64,000 nucleotides of DNA, from the NCBI GenBank assembly GCA_950097015.1, contig CATNEN010000035.1, positions 806,001 through 870,000 of the forward strand. Reading direction: 5' to 3'. This stretch comes from Macrostomum hystrix. Its lineage: Eukaryota; Animalia; Platyhelminthes. The translations under genes were made by a program, and so were the position numbers. Positions 1 through 13,915 of this stretch are shown piece after piece (the first letter of the stretch is position 1; every line of letters starts with the position of its first letter). The notes under the pieces were generated by a model, which saw only the letters and a list, made by a program, of their open reading frames with translations, was not told where the DNA came from and ran no database searches.

Positions 1-1281
1 TTAACCTTTTGTAGTTTTCTCATGACTTTCCGGACACCCGGAATATACAATTACATGTCCCTATAATCCCTATCATCTCATTTTAATGCTCGAGTTCGAA
101 GTTGTCTATGGTATTTTGACAGACTAAGCCACTCCTATTTAATCTGCTCAACATTGCATGTACACAGCATGTACACAGCATGTACACAGTGACTGATTGG
201 AGTTTTCTCAATCGAAACCCCTTTTGTCTACACTAGGAGACAAGCGATTGAATGGCAATTAGCGAAAAATAAAAATTTCTAAAACAAATTTAAGACCCAA
301 AACTTAGCTTTCACAAAATTTCTGCTGCTTGCTTTTTCATAGGTTAAGCCTGAATACTGGTCTGCTTTGCGATAAAATAGCATGCAGGAGAAATGCGAGA
401 TATAAACCAGAATGAACTGGTTTTAGAGATAATAAGTCTGGGTGCCGAACTGCGGAGCACAATGCTCTGCTATACAGGCTAATGCAGGAGTGAGAAATGA
501 GAGCTGCGGGCCGGCTCAGGTTTAAGGCCGGGGTAAGCGGCTTGACCGTTGCTATGACAACGGAGGGAGAGGTAAGAAAATTCCTGGCGTGCATGCGGGT
601 TAGCCCACTCGTCATTCTCTTCTTTCGCTTTATCTCTCTATCTCCCTCTCTCTCTCTCTTGCAGTTAAGCGCTGCGTTGCAAATGCACAGCAAATGCGAT
701 GATTCACCCACGGAGTTCATTTCAATTCTTCTGGTAGAAAAAACGCAGGTTTTTCGCGGCCTGTCTGCTCCAGTGTGGCGGCAGTTACCTGTGAGTTAGC
801 AGATCCACCCTCCGCCCCAAGTTTTTATTGAGCGGGTCACGGGTTCAGCAAAAATGTGCGGAGGCGAAAAGGTGGGCTTGGTGGGTTGAGAGATTTTTTA
901 GGTGGGACCGCCAAGTGGGGTTGAGGCCTTGACAACCATTGGCCATATTCTAAAGACTCACCCACAGATGCGCAGCCCCCGCCGTTGCTGGCACGCACCC
1001 GGTTGCCTAGCAGCCAGTGATGTGGAGGCGAGGCGACGGTAGAGAAAATGAGAGCCTTAGAACCTGCAGAATTGAGGTGGGCATTTACCCCTTGTCATTG
1101 CTTCCAGCCTCTTCGCCTCATCTCACCGCTCAGCAGGCCCGAGACCCACCATGCCTGGCCCTGGCAACTGTAACTTGCGCCCCTGGTTACGCAGCTAAGA
1201 CACCTGGGCGGCCCAATGAAACTGCATAGCAGCGCGCCGCCCCTGCCCCACACCTCCCCTCCGCCCCTGAATTCGTGGCCC

Positions 1282-1290
1282 CATAAATAG
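1282..1290 (+). promoter_or_regulatory. TATA-like box upstream of alpha-tubulin
   Basis: CATAAATAG lies about 130 nt upstream of the ATG, preceded by GC boxes and a CCAAT at about 1214. Position-based inference only. Confidence 0.3.
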
Positions 1291-1418
1291 AGAGCGCGGG
1301 CTCGCTGCGGTCCCCTCTTTATCGACATAGCCAGTGTCTCGATAGACATCTGCTTGTGCCCTCAAAGCAACTCTAACGCTCTCCAGTTTCCCGCTCCTTC
1401 TAATCTCCAAGCTTCAAC

Positions 1419-2883
<1,465 letters not shown>

Positions 2884-4301
2884 ACGACAGGAATCTGCTG
2901 AATAATGCTGACTCTTATTTGATCGATCCAAAGCAAAAGACAGATTGTAAAATCCTCTTTCGAAAAGAGATATACAAACATAGCATGATACTGTTAGTAG
3001 TGATCAACACCAACTAAGCTGAAATTCGATGGTTTAACAACGGTCAACACTTGGCCTTGACTTGAAATAAAACCAAAAATGACCACATAACAATTTTAAC
3101 ACCTTTCAAAAAGATAAAATATTTTAAACGTTATGCAGTTAGTTGGCTTTTTGTTTTCCTCTTACGACATACCGAGTCACCGACGTAAAACAACAGTTTG
3201 TAGTTATGCGGAAAAGTAGTTAAGTTGCAATTATGACTCGTAGATAATTATCATCGCAGAGAAACTGAATACTCGACTTCAAACAACTAAGCAACGTAAA
3301 TAACAGCAGAGAATATTGTATGCGTAGCGTTTGCGCAATCTATTTGTAAGAAACAATTTTGGGTCTTACGATCGAAGCTTTTATTACTACTCACTTTAGT
3401 AGGCCGTACGAGCGCATTGCGTATCCGCTGTGAACGCCTTAAAACTCGACAGAATGTTCTTGCAGAACAGACGCTTGATATGAACAGTCATTAAAATGGT
3501 CAAAACCTCCTTTTATATGATTTGACTTCTACCACTCCAGTCACCAACACCTGTTCCTCTACCACTTCAGCCACCAGCAGTAACAGTTACTATCAAGTTA
3601 AGCGATTCGAAAAAATGTAAGACTATGTACATGTAGAAGCAAATAATTTTCAATCAATTAAAGGAACAGGACAGCAAAAACATATCCTATCTAAGCACAA
3701 TGCGTGTCTGAAAATTTTATTTTTTTATATGTGAGTTATGACAAAACACAATTCGATCAACTTAAGAAGCCCATTTAATCGAAAACTTCAATGAATGCTT
3801 AAGTTTTAGTCGTAATATTTTCTGAAACGCAGCATTACTACTGACAAAGACAGTGAGTAGCACGTAGGGAGCTATAATGACCTGGAAACATTTCATTAAA
3901 AAGCCTAAAAAACGTCTTGAACTTGGAGAAGAATTTAAGCACTAAAAACTAATTTCTCACACAAAATCATACTACTGGGAGGACTAAAAAAGATGGTCTC
4001 GCATATGGTGCGAATAAAGTAAAACACCAAGCAGAAAGCAATTTAAAATCTTAGACATCGCACTCAAATCTCACTCATTAGCACGCAGAAGATAGGCAAA
4101 AATAAACTTTCAATTTTCCCATACGAGTTAGAAGGAATAGCTTGTAAATTGAATCTAAGATCTCTAAATAATCCCTCAAAATCCTAGATTTGAAGATAGG
4201 ACCATGAAAATGCATTTCAACAGTGTTTTACTAACTTGAATTTTAAACAAGTTTAGAACAGCAATTTAGAAGTCAATAATAACAGGAGAGCTGATTGGCA
4301 A

Positions 4302-4856
4302 TCAGTTCAATTGCAGCTGAGCATCATTAGAATTGTGCCGCAGCTGCTGGTTCCAGGCCTCCAGCTCTGGCAGGCGATATTTGCCCGCATAGCAGGCTAG
4401 CCCAGTCACGGGGTCCGTGATGCAGCCCTCCGAGAAGACCACCTTGATGAGTCTGTAGATACAGTTGAAATCCATAGGCTGTGGCGTTCGCTCGATTAGC
4501 ACAAGATCGCCAGGCTTAGCAGCGATGCGACCTGCATAGGCCAGGTAAGTCGCCGATTGATAATAATAGCGCAGAATGAATCTATTCAAACAGAGCTTCT
4601 TCACTTCGACCCGAACCAGGCTGGGCTGGTGATTCGAGTCGGCGCTGTGAAATTCGCCATCGTATTTGCCGTAGGGCTTCACCTGGCCCAGGGCCAGCTG
4701 GAATGGCGGCGTCGGCTGAAGGCCGCGACGCTCCGCAGCCTTCAGGCCAACTGTGGTGACCTCCGGCTTGTGATAAGGAAAGTATTCATTGATGTAGGCC
4801 TTCAGATAGCGCTGAACATTTGGCCTGCGATGACGGAGAAAATAGGCTGTGGACAT
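4302..4856 (-). CDS. MRPS17: Mitochondrial ribosomal protein S17 (uS17m) with N-terminal extension, single coding exon, 184 aa
   Basis: VRVEVKKLCLNRFILRYYYQSATYLAY...GDLVLIERTP...KVVFSEGCITDPVTGLAC matches the MRPS17 pattern (VRV..L.LDPYLLKYF..RKTYFAH...GDIVLL...VF..G.VIDPVTGKPC), recognised from memory. Confidence 0.85.
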   Translation of the reverse strand: MSTAYFLRHRRPNVQRYLKAYINEYFPYHKPEVTTVGLKAAERRGLQPTPPFQLALGQVKPYGKYDGEFHSADSNHQPSLVRVEVKKLCLNRFILRYYYQSATYLAYAGRIAAKPGDLVLIERTPQPMDFNCIYRLIKVVFSEGCITDPVTGLACYAGKYRLPELEAWNQQLRHNSNDAQLQLN

Positions 4857-5294
4857 GGCTATTGACTGAGGCTTCTGGCTTGCTGTGGGTGGAACAGTCA
4901 GAAAATTGAAGTTTTTCTGAGTGAGTGAGTAGTATTCAGATGCTACTCATTGTTAAGCTTATTTCAATGCCAAGTTTACACCCTTTTTGCTATAATGAAG
5001 GAAAAATACATTGTTACTATAATCTTCAAAGTACACATTTATATTCAGTTAATGGATTTAACACAAGTCAACAAACTAAAAATAAGCAGTTATTATGATA
5101 ACAATTAGATAGTGATCCCACCATATATTTTAATTTCCAATATGGCTAAAGGCACTGGCATACTCATATTAATTATGTTATTTATGTACATGTGACAGTC
5201 AAAGTAAATACTTCAATGGACTGTAATGGACTAAAACAGACTGTAACAGAACACTAAATAATGAATATTAAACAGTAGTATAGATACTCTAGAT

Positions 5295-6450
<1,156 letters not shown>

Positions 6451-8440
6451 CTCTAGATAAGTAAGAATAACTATTTAGAATAAATTAGCCAGGCACAACA
6501 ATTTGTCTTTAAACTAAACAATCAACTGAAAGCTCAATACTTCCTATCTGAATCTGAAATTACTAAATAAATTTTTCTATATCATACCAAGTTACCAAGT
6601 CATACGAAACAATTATACTACAGATTGTTTGCTTATTAATCCTAGAAATAAATATATACATTGTTTACAACTGTAGACAATTAGATAAAAATGCAATTAG
6701 GGTATTTAAATTTTTATCATGTTTCACAAGTAACATATATATCAAAATAGGTTGTATATATATATGATGTGATCGTACATGAGTAACAAATGCCCAATGA
6801 CGGTCAAGCAAAGTAAGTTGCAAAAATCAATTGACCAAAGGAAAAAATCAAAGAGAGGCACAAGGGACAAAGAGAGAAAGAAGATAGCACAGAGAAGAGA
6901 AAGAACAATTGAGAAAAATAAGAGAGAAAAGGACAGAGAAAAAGAGAAAAAGAGAAGAAGAAAAGAGAAGACAAGGATGTGAAAATTTGGATAAAGAAAT
7001 TAGTTTGACACTTGTAAGTTTAAAATAAAGCAATGAAACAAATTAAGTTGCAGAGCAGGAAAAATATGTTGCTGTAAAGGGAAAACTAAGTTGCAGATGA
7101 GAGAAAACTGAGTTGTAGTTAAAGGAAAACTGAGCTTTATATGAGAGAAAAATGAGTTGCAGTTAAGAGAAAACTGAGTTGCAATTAAAGGAAAACTGAG
7201 TTGCAGATTCAAGAATCATCTGTGCTCTTTGAAGCAGGGCAAAACTAACTGCACTTCAGTTCTCTTTTCACAATTTATTGTTTTATTATAGATCTAATTA
7301 CAACTAAATTTGACAAAATACTCTAATTTTCACATCCTTTTTCTGCATTCTTCTTCTTTTCAACTCTCTCTGTTTTTTTAATACTATCTTAGTTATTTAT
7401 CTACCATTTTTCTTATATAGGCCCTACTCACTGTTTTTCTTTTACTTATTTTCTACTCTATGATTTTCTTCTCCTATACTCTCTGACTTTCATTCTATTC
7501 TATTCTTTCTGTTTTTCTTCCTTTCTACTCTACATATGTTTTAGCTATTTTCTTTTTTCTTAGGCCTAGTTTTTTTCTGTCTTTTCTACTTTCTGTTTTT
7601 CTTCTCATTCTCTTCTAGGGTCTACTCTATGATTTTTACCAAGTATCGCAAATCATAACACTTGCAATGAAAAGTGTATTTAATCCTTTAAAACTAATTC
7701 GCTTCAATGTATGTTGCACTTTTTGGTTCAAAACTAAATTGCATGGCTGGCTAAGATTACATAGGTTGCACATGTATGATTGTAAATAGTGATTTTTGCA
7801 TTTTAAGAATAGGGCATGATTACTTATATATTGACTAAATTTATAGATCTAAAAAAACAAGTGGACATATTATGTCAAAGGGATGCTACAACTATGTATT
7901 AGTTTTTAACTATATAGGGCATATTAGTGGACATTAGACAATATGTAGGCCTACATAATTAGGCCCTATTTAGTGATGTAGATAGGCCTAGCTTAATGTG
8001 CATTGCAAGATTCAATAAAATATAGCATAAATTGTACAATTAAATATAATAGGCCTACATTAAATATCAATAAACAAGGCCTAGGCCTATTTAAGTCTAA
8101 TCTCATAGGCCTAAAGCTAAACATAAAGCCATTCAGCCCTAGAGCCTATTTGAATGTTAAAACTCTTATTAGCAAATAGCAATCAATTATCAAGCAAACT
8201 AGCTACTACCAATTTTTTATTAACTTATATGGGATTGCTCACAGACGAGTTTGTATGAAGTATCTTTTAAAGACAAGTTAACAGTAGGCCTAGACAAGTT
8301 GACGGCAGACAAAAAGACGAGAAACCCTTGCCATACACTTATGGCCTTGAGGGTCAACGACGTTAGCGACATTTTACCGCACTGTTTTAACATGTTAAAA
8401 ATACCGCACTGTTTAACAAACCTTATAATGCGGCGGACAA

Positions 8441-8618
8441 TGCGGAATTTACCGCACTGTTTAAATAACCTCATTTCAGGCTCGGACTATGGCGGTGGAC
8501 TATGCGGAATTTACTGCACTGCTTAAATAACCTCATTTCAGGCTTGGACTATATGCAGTGGACTATGCGGAATTTACCGCACTGTTTAAATAACCTCATT
8601 TCAGGCTTGGACTATGCG
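8441..8618 (+). repeat. Three tandem copies of a ~62-bp unit
   Basis: TGCGGAATTTACCGCACTGTTTAAATAACCTCATTTCAGGCT... starts at 8441, 8503 and 8566. Partial copies lie upstream. Confidence 0.9.
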
Positions 8619-9126
8619 TAGGAGTGTCCGGTTTAACAGTGATTGATATATTTTAGCTTCGAATATAAAGTCGGGTATTTTGTCTTGTTGCATTGCGCAC
8701 GTCGTTAACGACAAAAACGTCCACAGCGAAAAATCTTCCAGAGCAAAAACAGTAAGTTAATAGTAACTGGATGCTGACGCAAGCCATATTACGTTACAAA
8801 AATCTATGAAATCAATCAAGCCAGACTGAATTGCAAATGACGGAGCGACATTGAATGCAATGTCGCTCCCTCCATTCAAATTCCTGTGTGAAACTTGACA
8901 GAGTTATGTGAAATAATGTTTTTGAAAGGTACTGTGGTTTGATTATTTTATGCTACGTGTTTTATGGTACAGTCGTTTTACTGCAATAGGCCTATTCTTA
9001 GAAAATTGTTCGTCTGAAATCAGGTGCTGGATTTATTTACCGCTATGTTAATACTTACGCACTCAGTACTTACGACACCCAATCTAGTTAAGCAGCACCA
9101 TTGTAACCTACATTTACGATTTACGA

Positions 9127-9213
9127 ATGTCTAAAACTCCAGCAGTCGGTGTTGATCTAGACACGACCTACTCGTGCGTTGGCGTTTTTCAGCGAGGCAA
9201 AGTTGACATTTAA
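9127..9213 (+). pseudogene. HSP70: Hsp70 N-terminal fragment (28 codons, then stop)
   Basis: Translates as [28 protein letters not shown], against the canonical [29 protein letters not shown]. No further Hsp70 sequence follows. Confidence 0.85.
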
Positions 9214-9519
9214 TAAGCTCCTAAATAATATTTTGGAAATCAAGCTATTTGTCTAAAAAGCCTATTTGTCTTGCTATTGCGCTCGTGCAAAAATTTTTAG
9301 AGGGAAGGGGGTACGTATCATTGACATAGAGAGTTATTATTAGCATTTGTCTAATATTGCAATAGAAAATATTCTTGGTAATTGTAAATGATATAATTAA
9401 AATATGAATATTGCCAAGTAACTAAATAGTGATTGTAGTAGGGATGCTTTTATCATTAAAACAAAGTAAAATTCGTACCTATGCTCTTCTTCAACTTATT
9501 CATCTTCAAAGTAATCTCT

Positions 9520-11548
9520 CGCATCTTCGAATACATCTTCATCATCTTGATGTACTTTCTGCTCTTTGAGAATTCCCAGATCAGTCTGACAGCTTCGATG
9601 CTTCAATGAGCTTCTGCTAGTCAACTGTTTTGCTGGCATCTCTTTCTAAATCACACGACCACCGCGGACATCAGTGCCGGTTTCCTCGATTCCTTCAGGT
9701 GGTGGGATCAGTCCTAACTGGCTATCTGGTAAGCTCACCTTTGGTTCACTTTCTCTCAATTCTAATTCAGAGTCCATTTTACGGTCAATTTGTGTTGGCT
9801 TTGTACTATCAGTCTCAGCAGTTCGTCGGTATAGACTGTCAGCGTTGCTGTGCTTGCTGCCCGAATGTCATACTAGAACTCGCTTAGCCGCTCAATACAA
9901 CAACCAAGGATTCCTTGTGCTTCAGTCTGGCATAGAAGCCATAGGATCGCCTTGTGATCAGTGCAGGGTAGAAACCACTTGCCAAGAGATAAAATCGGAA
10001 GTGCTTCATCCCATCAACCAATGCTAGCAATTCTTTTTTGGTGATTGGATATCTCTTTTCGGAGTCTTTCATAGCTCGGCTAAAGTACGCGATTGGCCTT
10101 TCAATGCCATCAGATTGTATCTGTCCAAGACAGGCGCCGATTCTATCTATTGTCGCTAGCATCAATGTCTAGGACCATTCGTACTTTTTCATTCTCAGAA
10201 AACTCTGGATAGGCAAGTACTTTAGTGGACATTAGCTTATTGCTTTAACAGTTCAAATGACTTAGTATGTACTTTAGTCCATTTTTCCTTGAAATTCAGC
10301 ACTCCCTTCTTAGTTAATTGAAATAACGGGTGTGCGGCATCAGCATAATTCTTAACAAATCAGCAATAGTAATTGCACAATCCAAGGAAGCTTCTTAATT
10401 CTTTAACATCCTTAGGCACTGGCTATGTTCTAATAGCTTCAATCTTCGCCGGGTCTGTTCTTATTCCATTGACTCCGACTACATGTCCTAAGTACTTTAA
10501 TTCTTGCTGAAATAAATTGCACTTTTTAGGTCTTAGTTTCAATCCAGCTGTTATTAATCTTTGGAATACTTCCTTTAGATGACTGAGATGTTCTTCAAAA
10601 GTCTTAGAGTAAGTCACTATGTTGTCAATGTAAGACATGGCAAACTTATGCTAAATGCCAGTTAAAACTAGATTCATCAATCTTTGAAATGTACCGGGGC
10701 GCATTAGATAGTCCCTGCGCCATGACTTGATATTCAAATTGGCCTCTTGTTAACGTGGAAAATTCTGTCATGTACTTATGTTCCTCATTTATGGGAACTT
10801 GCCAATAACCGGAATTAAGGTCAAGGCTGCTGAAGTACTTCTGAAGGCTAAAGGCTTCTGGTTAGGTGTGAGAATGTCTCCTGGATGTTCAGTAGAGGAT
10901 ATGGATAATAATTCACTCTTGAGTTTAGAACTAAAAAATCACTGACAATTCTGATAGTTCCATCCTTCTTAGGTACGATGACCAATGGTGTTGAATAGGT
11001 ACTATAGCTTGGTCTTATCAAATTCTTAGCAAGCATGTCATCTAATCATACATGCGCAACCTCCCAAATCTTAGCCGGCCGTGCGACTTAGTTTTTGCTC
11101 TCATTTGCGACTTAGTTTGTTTCATTGCTCTATTTACGACTTAGTTTGCTCTCATTTGCTCTCTTTTTCTCTCCCCTTTTTCCTTTTCTTCACGCCTTCC
11201 TTTTTTGTCCCTTGGTCCCCCCTTTGATTTTTTTGCGCTTGGTTGATTGGTTTTTGCGACTTACCTTGCTTGGCCCTCGTTTCACCCGGCCGGTTCGGCT
11301 GGGTCGGCCGGGTGTTGCGCATGTATGCATCTAATTGATCATCCACTTGCTTTTGCAAAAGCGGCGGAATCCGTCTGGTAGGAATCCGAACCGGTGTGGT
11401 GTCTTTCAATGAAATTTCGTGGGTCACCAAGTGGGTCAGACCCATTTCCTGACTGGTCTGAGAGAATGCTTCTCTGTGTTCTTTCACCAGCTCAATAACT
11501 TTGTCTTTCTGTTTGTCAGTCATATTTTCTCCTAGATTGATCTCAGTG
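9520..11548 (-). mobile_element. Old Ty3/gypsy pol relic: RT, RNase H, integrase mostly deleted
   Basis: The RT start reads HEISLKDTTPVRIPTRRIP...LIRPSYSTYSTPLVIVPKKDGTIR, the RT core YIDNIVTYSKTFEEHL...LGHVV, and RNase H IAYFSRAMKDSEKRYPITKKELLAL. Multiple stops and frameshifts. Confidence 0.92.
11047..11327. mobile_element. 281-bp MITE with 14-bp TIRs and 8-bp TSD (hAT-type)
   Basis: TIRs CATACATGCGCAAC and GTTGCGCATGTATG, with TSD CATCTAAT at 11039-11046 and 11328-11335. Removing it restores the gypsy frame VDDQLDDMLAKNLIRPS. Confidence 0.92.
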
Positions 11549-13892
11549 TGATGTGGAGTGTACTTCGGAATCGAGTGGGGTTGTGAGCCAGCCTAATTTT
11601 TTTTCAATTTTTAGCAAGTCAATAATCGCGACCCACATAGCAGCTGGCCGCAGAACACCATCATTAATCTTAGGGCCAGACTTGGGGCGGAGGTGAATTA
11701 AGTAGCCGCCGATTCCCTTTGTCTCGGATCTGTCTAGTCCCCTGTAGGAGTGACTGATCGCGGAAATAGCAATACTGTATGGACTAGTTTAGGTTATAAT
11801 TCCCCTCCAAACCGCGATCAGATTGTCGGGATCACTCATGCGTTTAGAGTGAGCTTTAATTCTTCATGTCCCTCTTCTTTACTGTAACCCGAGCCGAAGC
11901 TCGATTATGACCTTTCCCCCTTTAGATACATGTAACGACACTATAGGCAGGTCGGCGCCTGCGCTTCCCATATCCCGGCGGGATCACAATCATTGGCCGA
12001 CTGCCGGAAGACGCTCCTAGTGGGGCATCTGGCGATTCTCGCCGCCGCTTCAGTGGGCAATTGGGGTGGCATTATGCCGACCCGATTCCTCGCTGACAGG
12101 CCGGCGAGCATGTGGGTTATTTTGATGAATGCGAGGTTGGCGGAGCTGCAGGACTATTTAAGAGAGCGCGCTGCGCTGCCCCTAGGAGGACCGACCTACC
12201 TTCGGACCTACCTTCCCCCGAACCTACTTTCCCGCCCCTACAACCTTTTTCCCTTGTCCAGTCCCGGAACTCGGTCCGTGGACTCTCCCCCTTCTAGGCT
12301 AGCACCTAGTCCCTGAGCCTAAGGCTCCAGATCATAGCAGCAGGCAACTACCTGCTAGTGCCCTTAAGCGCAAGCCACTTCTTTAGGTGCGCTCCAAATT
12401 GAGCCTTGAGCTCCCTGCAGTCTGGCCCCTTGCCAACTGTACTCAGCAATCCCTCACCTTTTCTCCCGTTCATTTGCATTCCCCCGCGAGATCGACGGCC
12501 TGCAGCCTGTCAACCAGCGTAGTCAGATAAGTAACCCGCGCAGCGGACTTTTATTGCTATCCCTAAGGGATTTACTATTTAGCTAGTGGGTAATAAGGGC
12601 AAGGGCAGGGATTTGATTTAGCCTAATAAAACTATTAACTCACAGCTTATCTAACTTGTTGGGCAACTTAATAACAACTTAAATCCTTTTTACTATGCAT
12701 TCCACTTTCTCTTATTTTATCGTTAGACAGCCCTCAACCATGAGTGGCTAATTCACTAGGGGAATGGGCTCTGGCGAGGCCGAGCTGAAAGCTGCGGCAA
12801 GAAGGCTACTGTGAGCGCGCATGAAAGTAATAAGGAGCTAGGGATTTGCGAGTAATATGCGGAGCGTAGCATGTGTTTCTCTGCCAGGGGTGGGGGAATT
12901 CCTTGGCGGGTTTTTCCTCTCTTTCTGGCAGATCAAGGAGTGCGTGTCAACCTCCCTTGTCAATTAATGTTTCCCTTCTGTTCCCCGCCTCTCGCTGCCG
13001 CCGCCATGGGAGCGAGGGGTGTGATCTAATAATCACCGCTTGCATAATCACTCAGCCAGTGTTCTGCTCAATCTCTCCTGCCTCTGATTTCCTCATCTCA
13101 CACAGATTCGGATTTGCTAGTTATTTAATGTGTAGGCTGCAATCTAATGTAAGGAATGTGTCTAATGTCTCATGAGTAGGATTCTGGCTATGGATTTCTC
13201 ATTCGGGTTCGGAGTACCACCTTTCTAGACCACTGTAGCGCAGTTTCAGGAATCCCCTTGTGAGGCGTGACTCGATCCATTCTGGGGTTCTCACCCTAGT
13301 CTAAAACGGAAGTTACAGAATGCTCTATTTTTCGGCTTGTCTAAGATCTGTGTGACAAACTGGGAGCCGCGAGCTCCGGGGACCCAAGTTCCCAAATGTC
13401 TGCGGTGGCAACGTAGGCGCATTGGGTGGTGGCGCTACCTTCGATCATTATCCGCTTTGCCGATAGCCTTTCCGCATTTCTAAGACAAGAGCCTAGGCCG
13501 AGTCGACCACTGCTACCAAAGTTAGGAGTCAGTTACGAACATGCTACTGATGACAGTAGGCTATCTAGCCCTGTCCTATTCGCTTGCGGGTAGTCCGACA
13601 TCTATTTAGACTTTTAGCCGGTTTCGAGCACTGCTTGGGGTGGGCACGGCAGTCATGCCTGTGGCCTATGGGTTGGGTGGGACTGGCCAGCCTGAGGCCA
13701 ATAGGACCACTCACTTGCATCCTTTGTACCGCCTCATCTCTCCCTTCATCTCTCCCTTCATCCCTCCCTTCGTCATCCCTCTCTGCGACAACTCGCGGCA
13801 GCAGCGATCGACCTCCGACTCTATCGTCGTTTTCCACACTCCTATCTTTCATGAGGGCGGTCATCGGCTAGCAAAAGACCCGCACTATTTCA
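11549..13892 (+). repeat. 5' LTR (2344 bp)
   Basis: Starts TGATGTGG and ends TTTCA. Contains TATTTAAG at about 12155 and AATAAA at about 12625, both retained in the diverged solo LTR. Confidence 0.96.
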
Positions 13893-13893
13893 A

Positions 13894-13915
13894 TGGTGGC
13901 ATCGAGGTGGGATTT
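13894..13915 (+). other. Primer-binding site, imperfect tRNA-Leu-like
   Basis: TGGTGGCATCGAGGTGGGATTT lies 1 nt after the LTR. It resembles the Leu-type TGGTGGCAGCGGTGGGATT with 2 extra nt. Confidence 0.65.

Noticed and set aside
13544-13559. CTGATGA hammerhead core in the LTR (retrozyme idea)
   Set aside because: It forms a simple CTACTG-ATGA-CAGTAG hairpin, and no stem II plus GAAA follows on the same strand.
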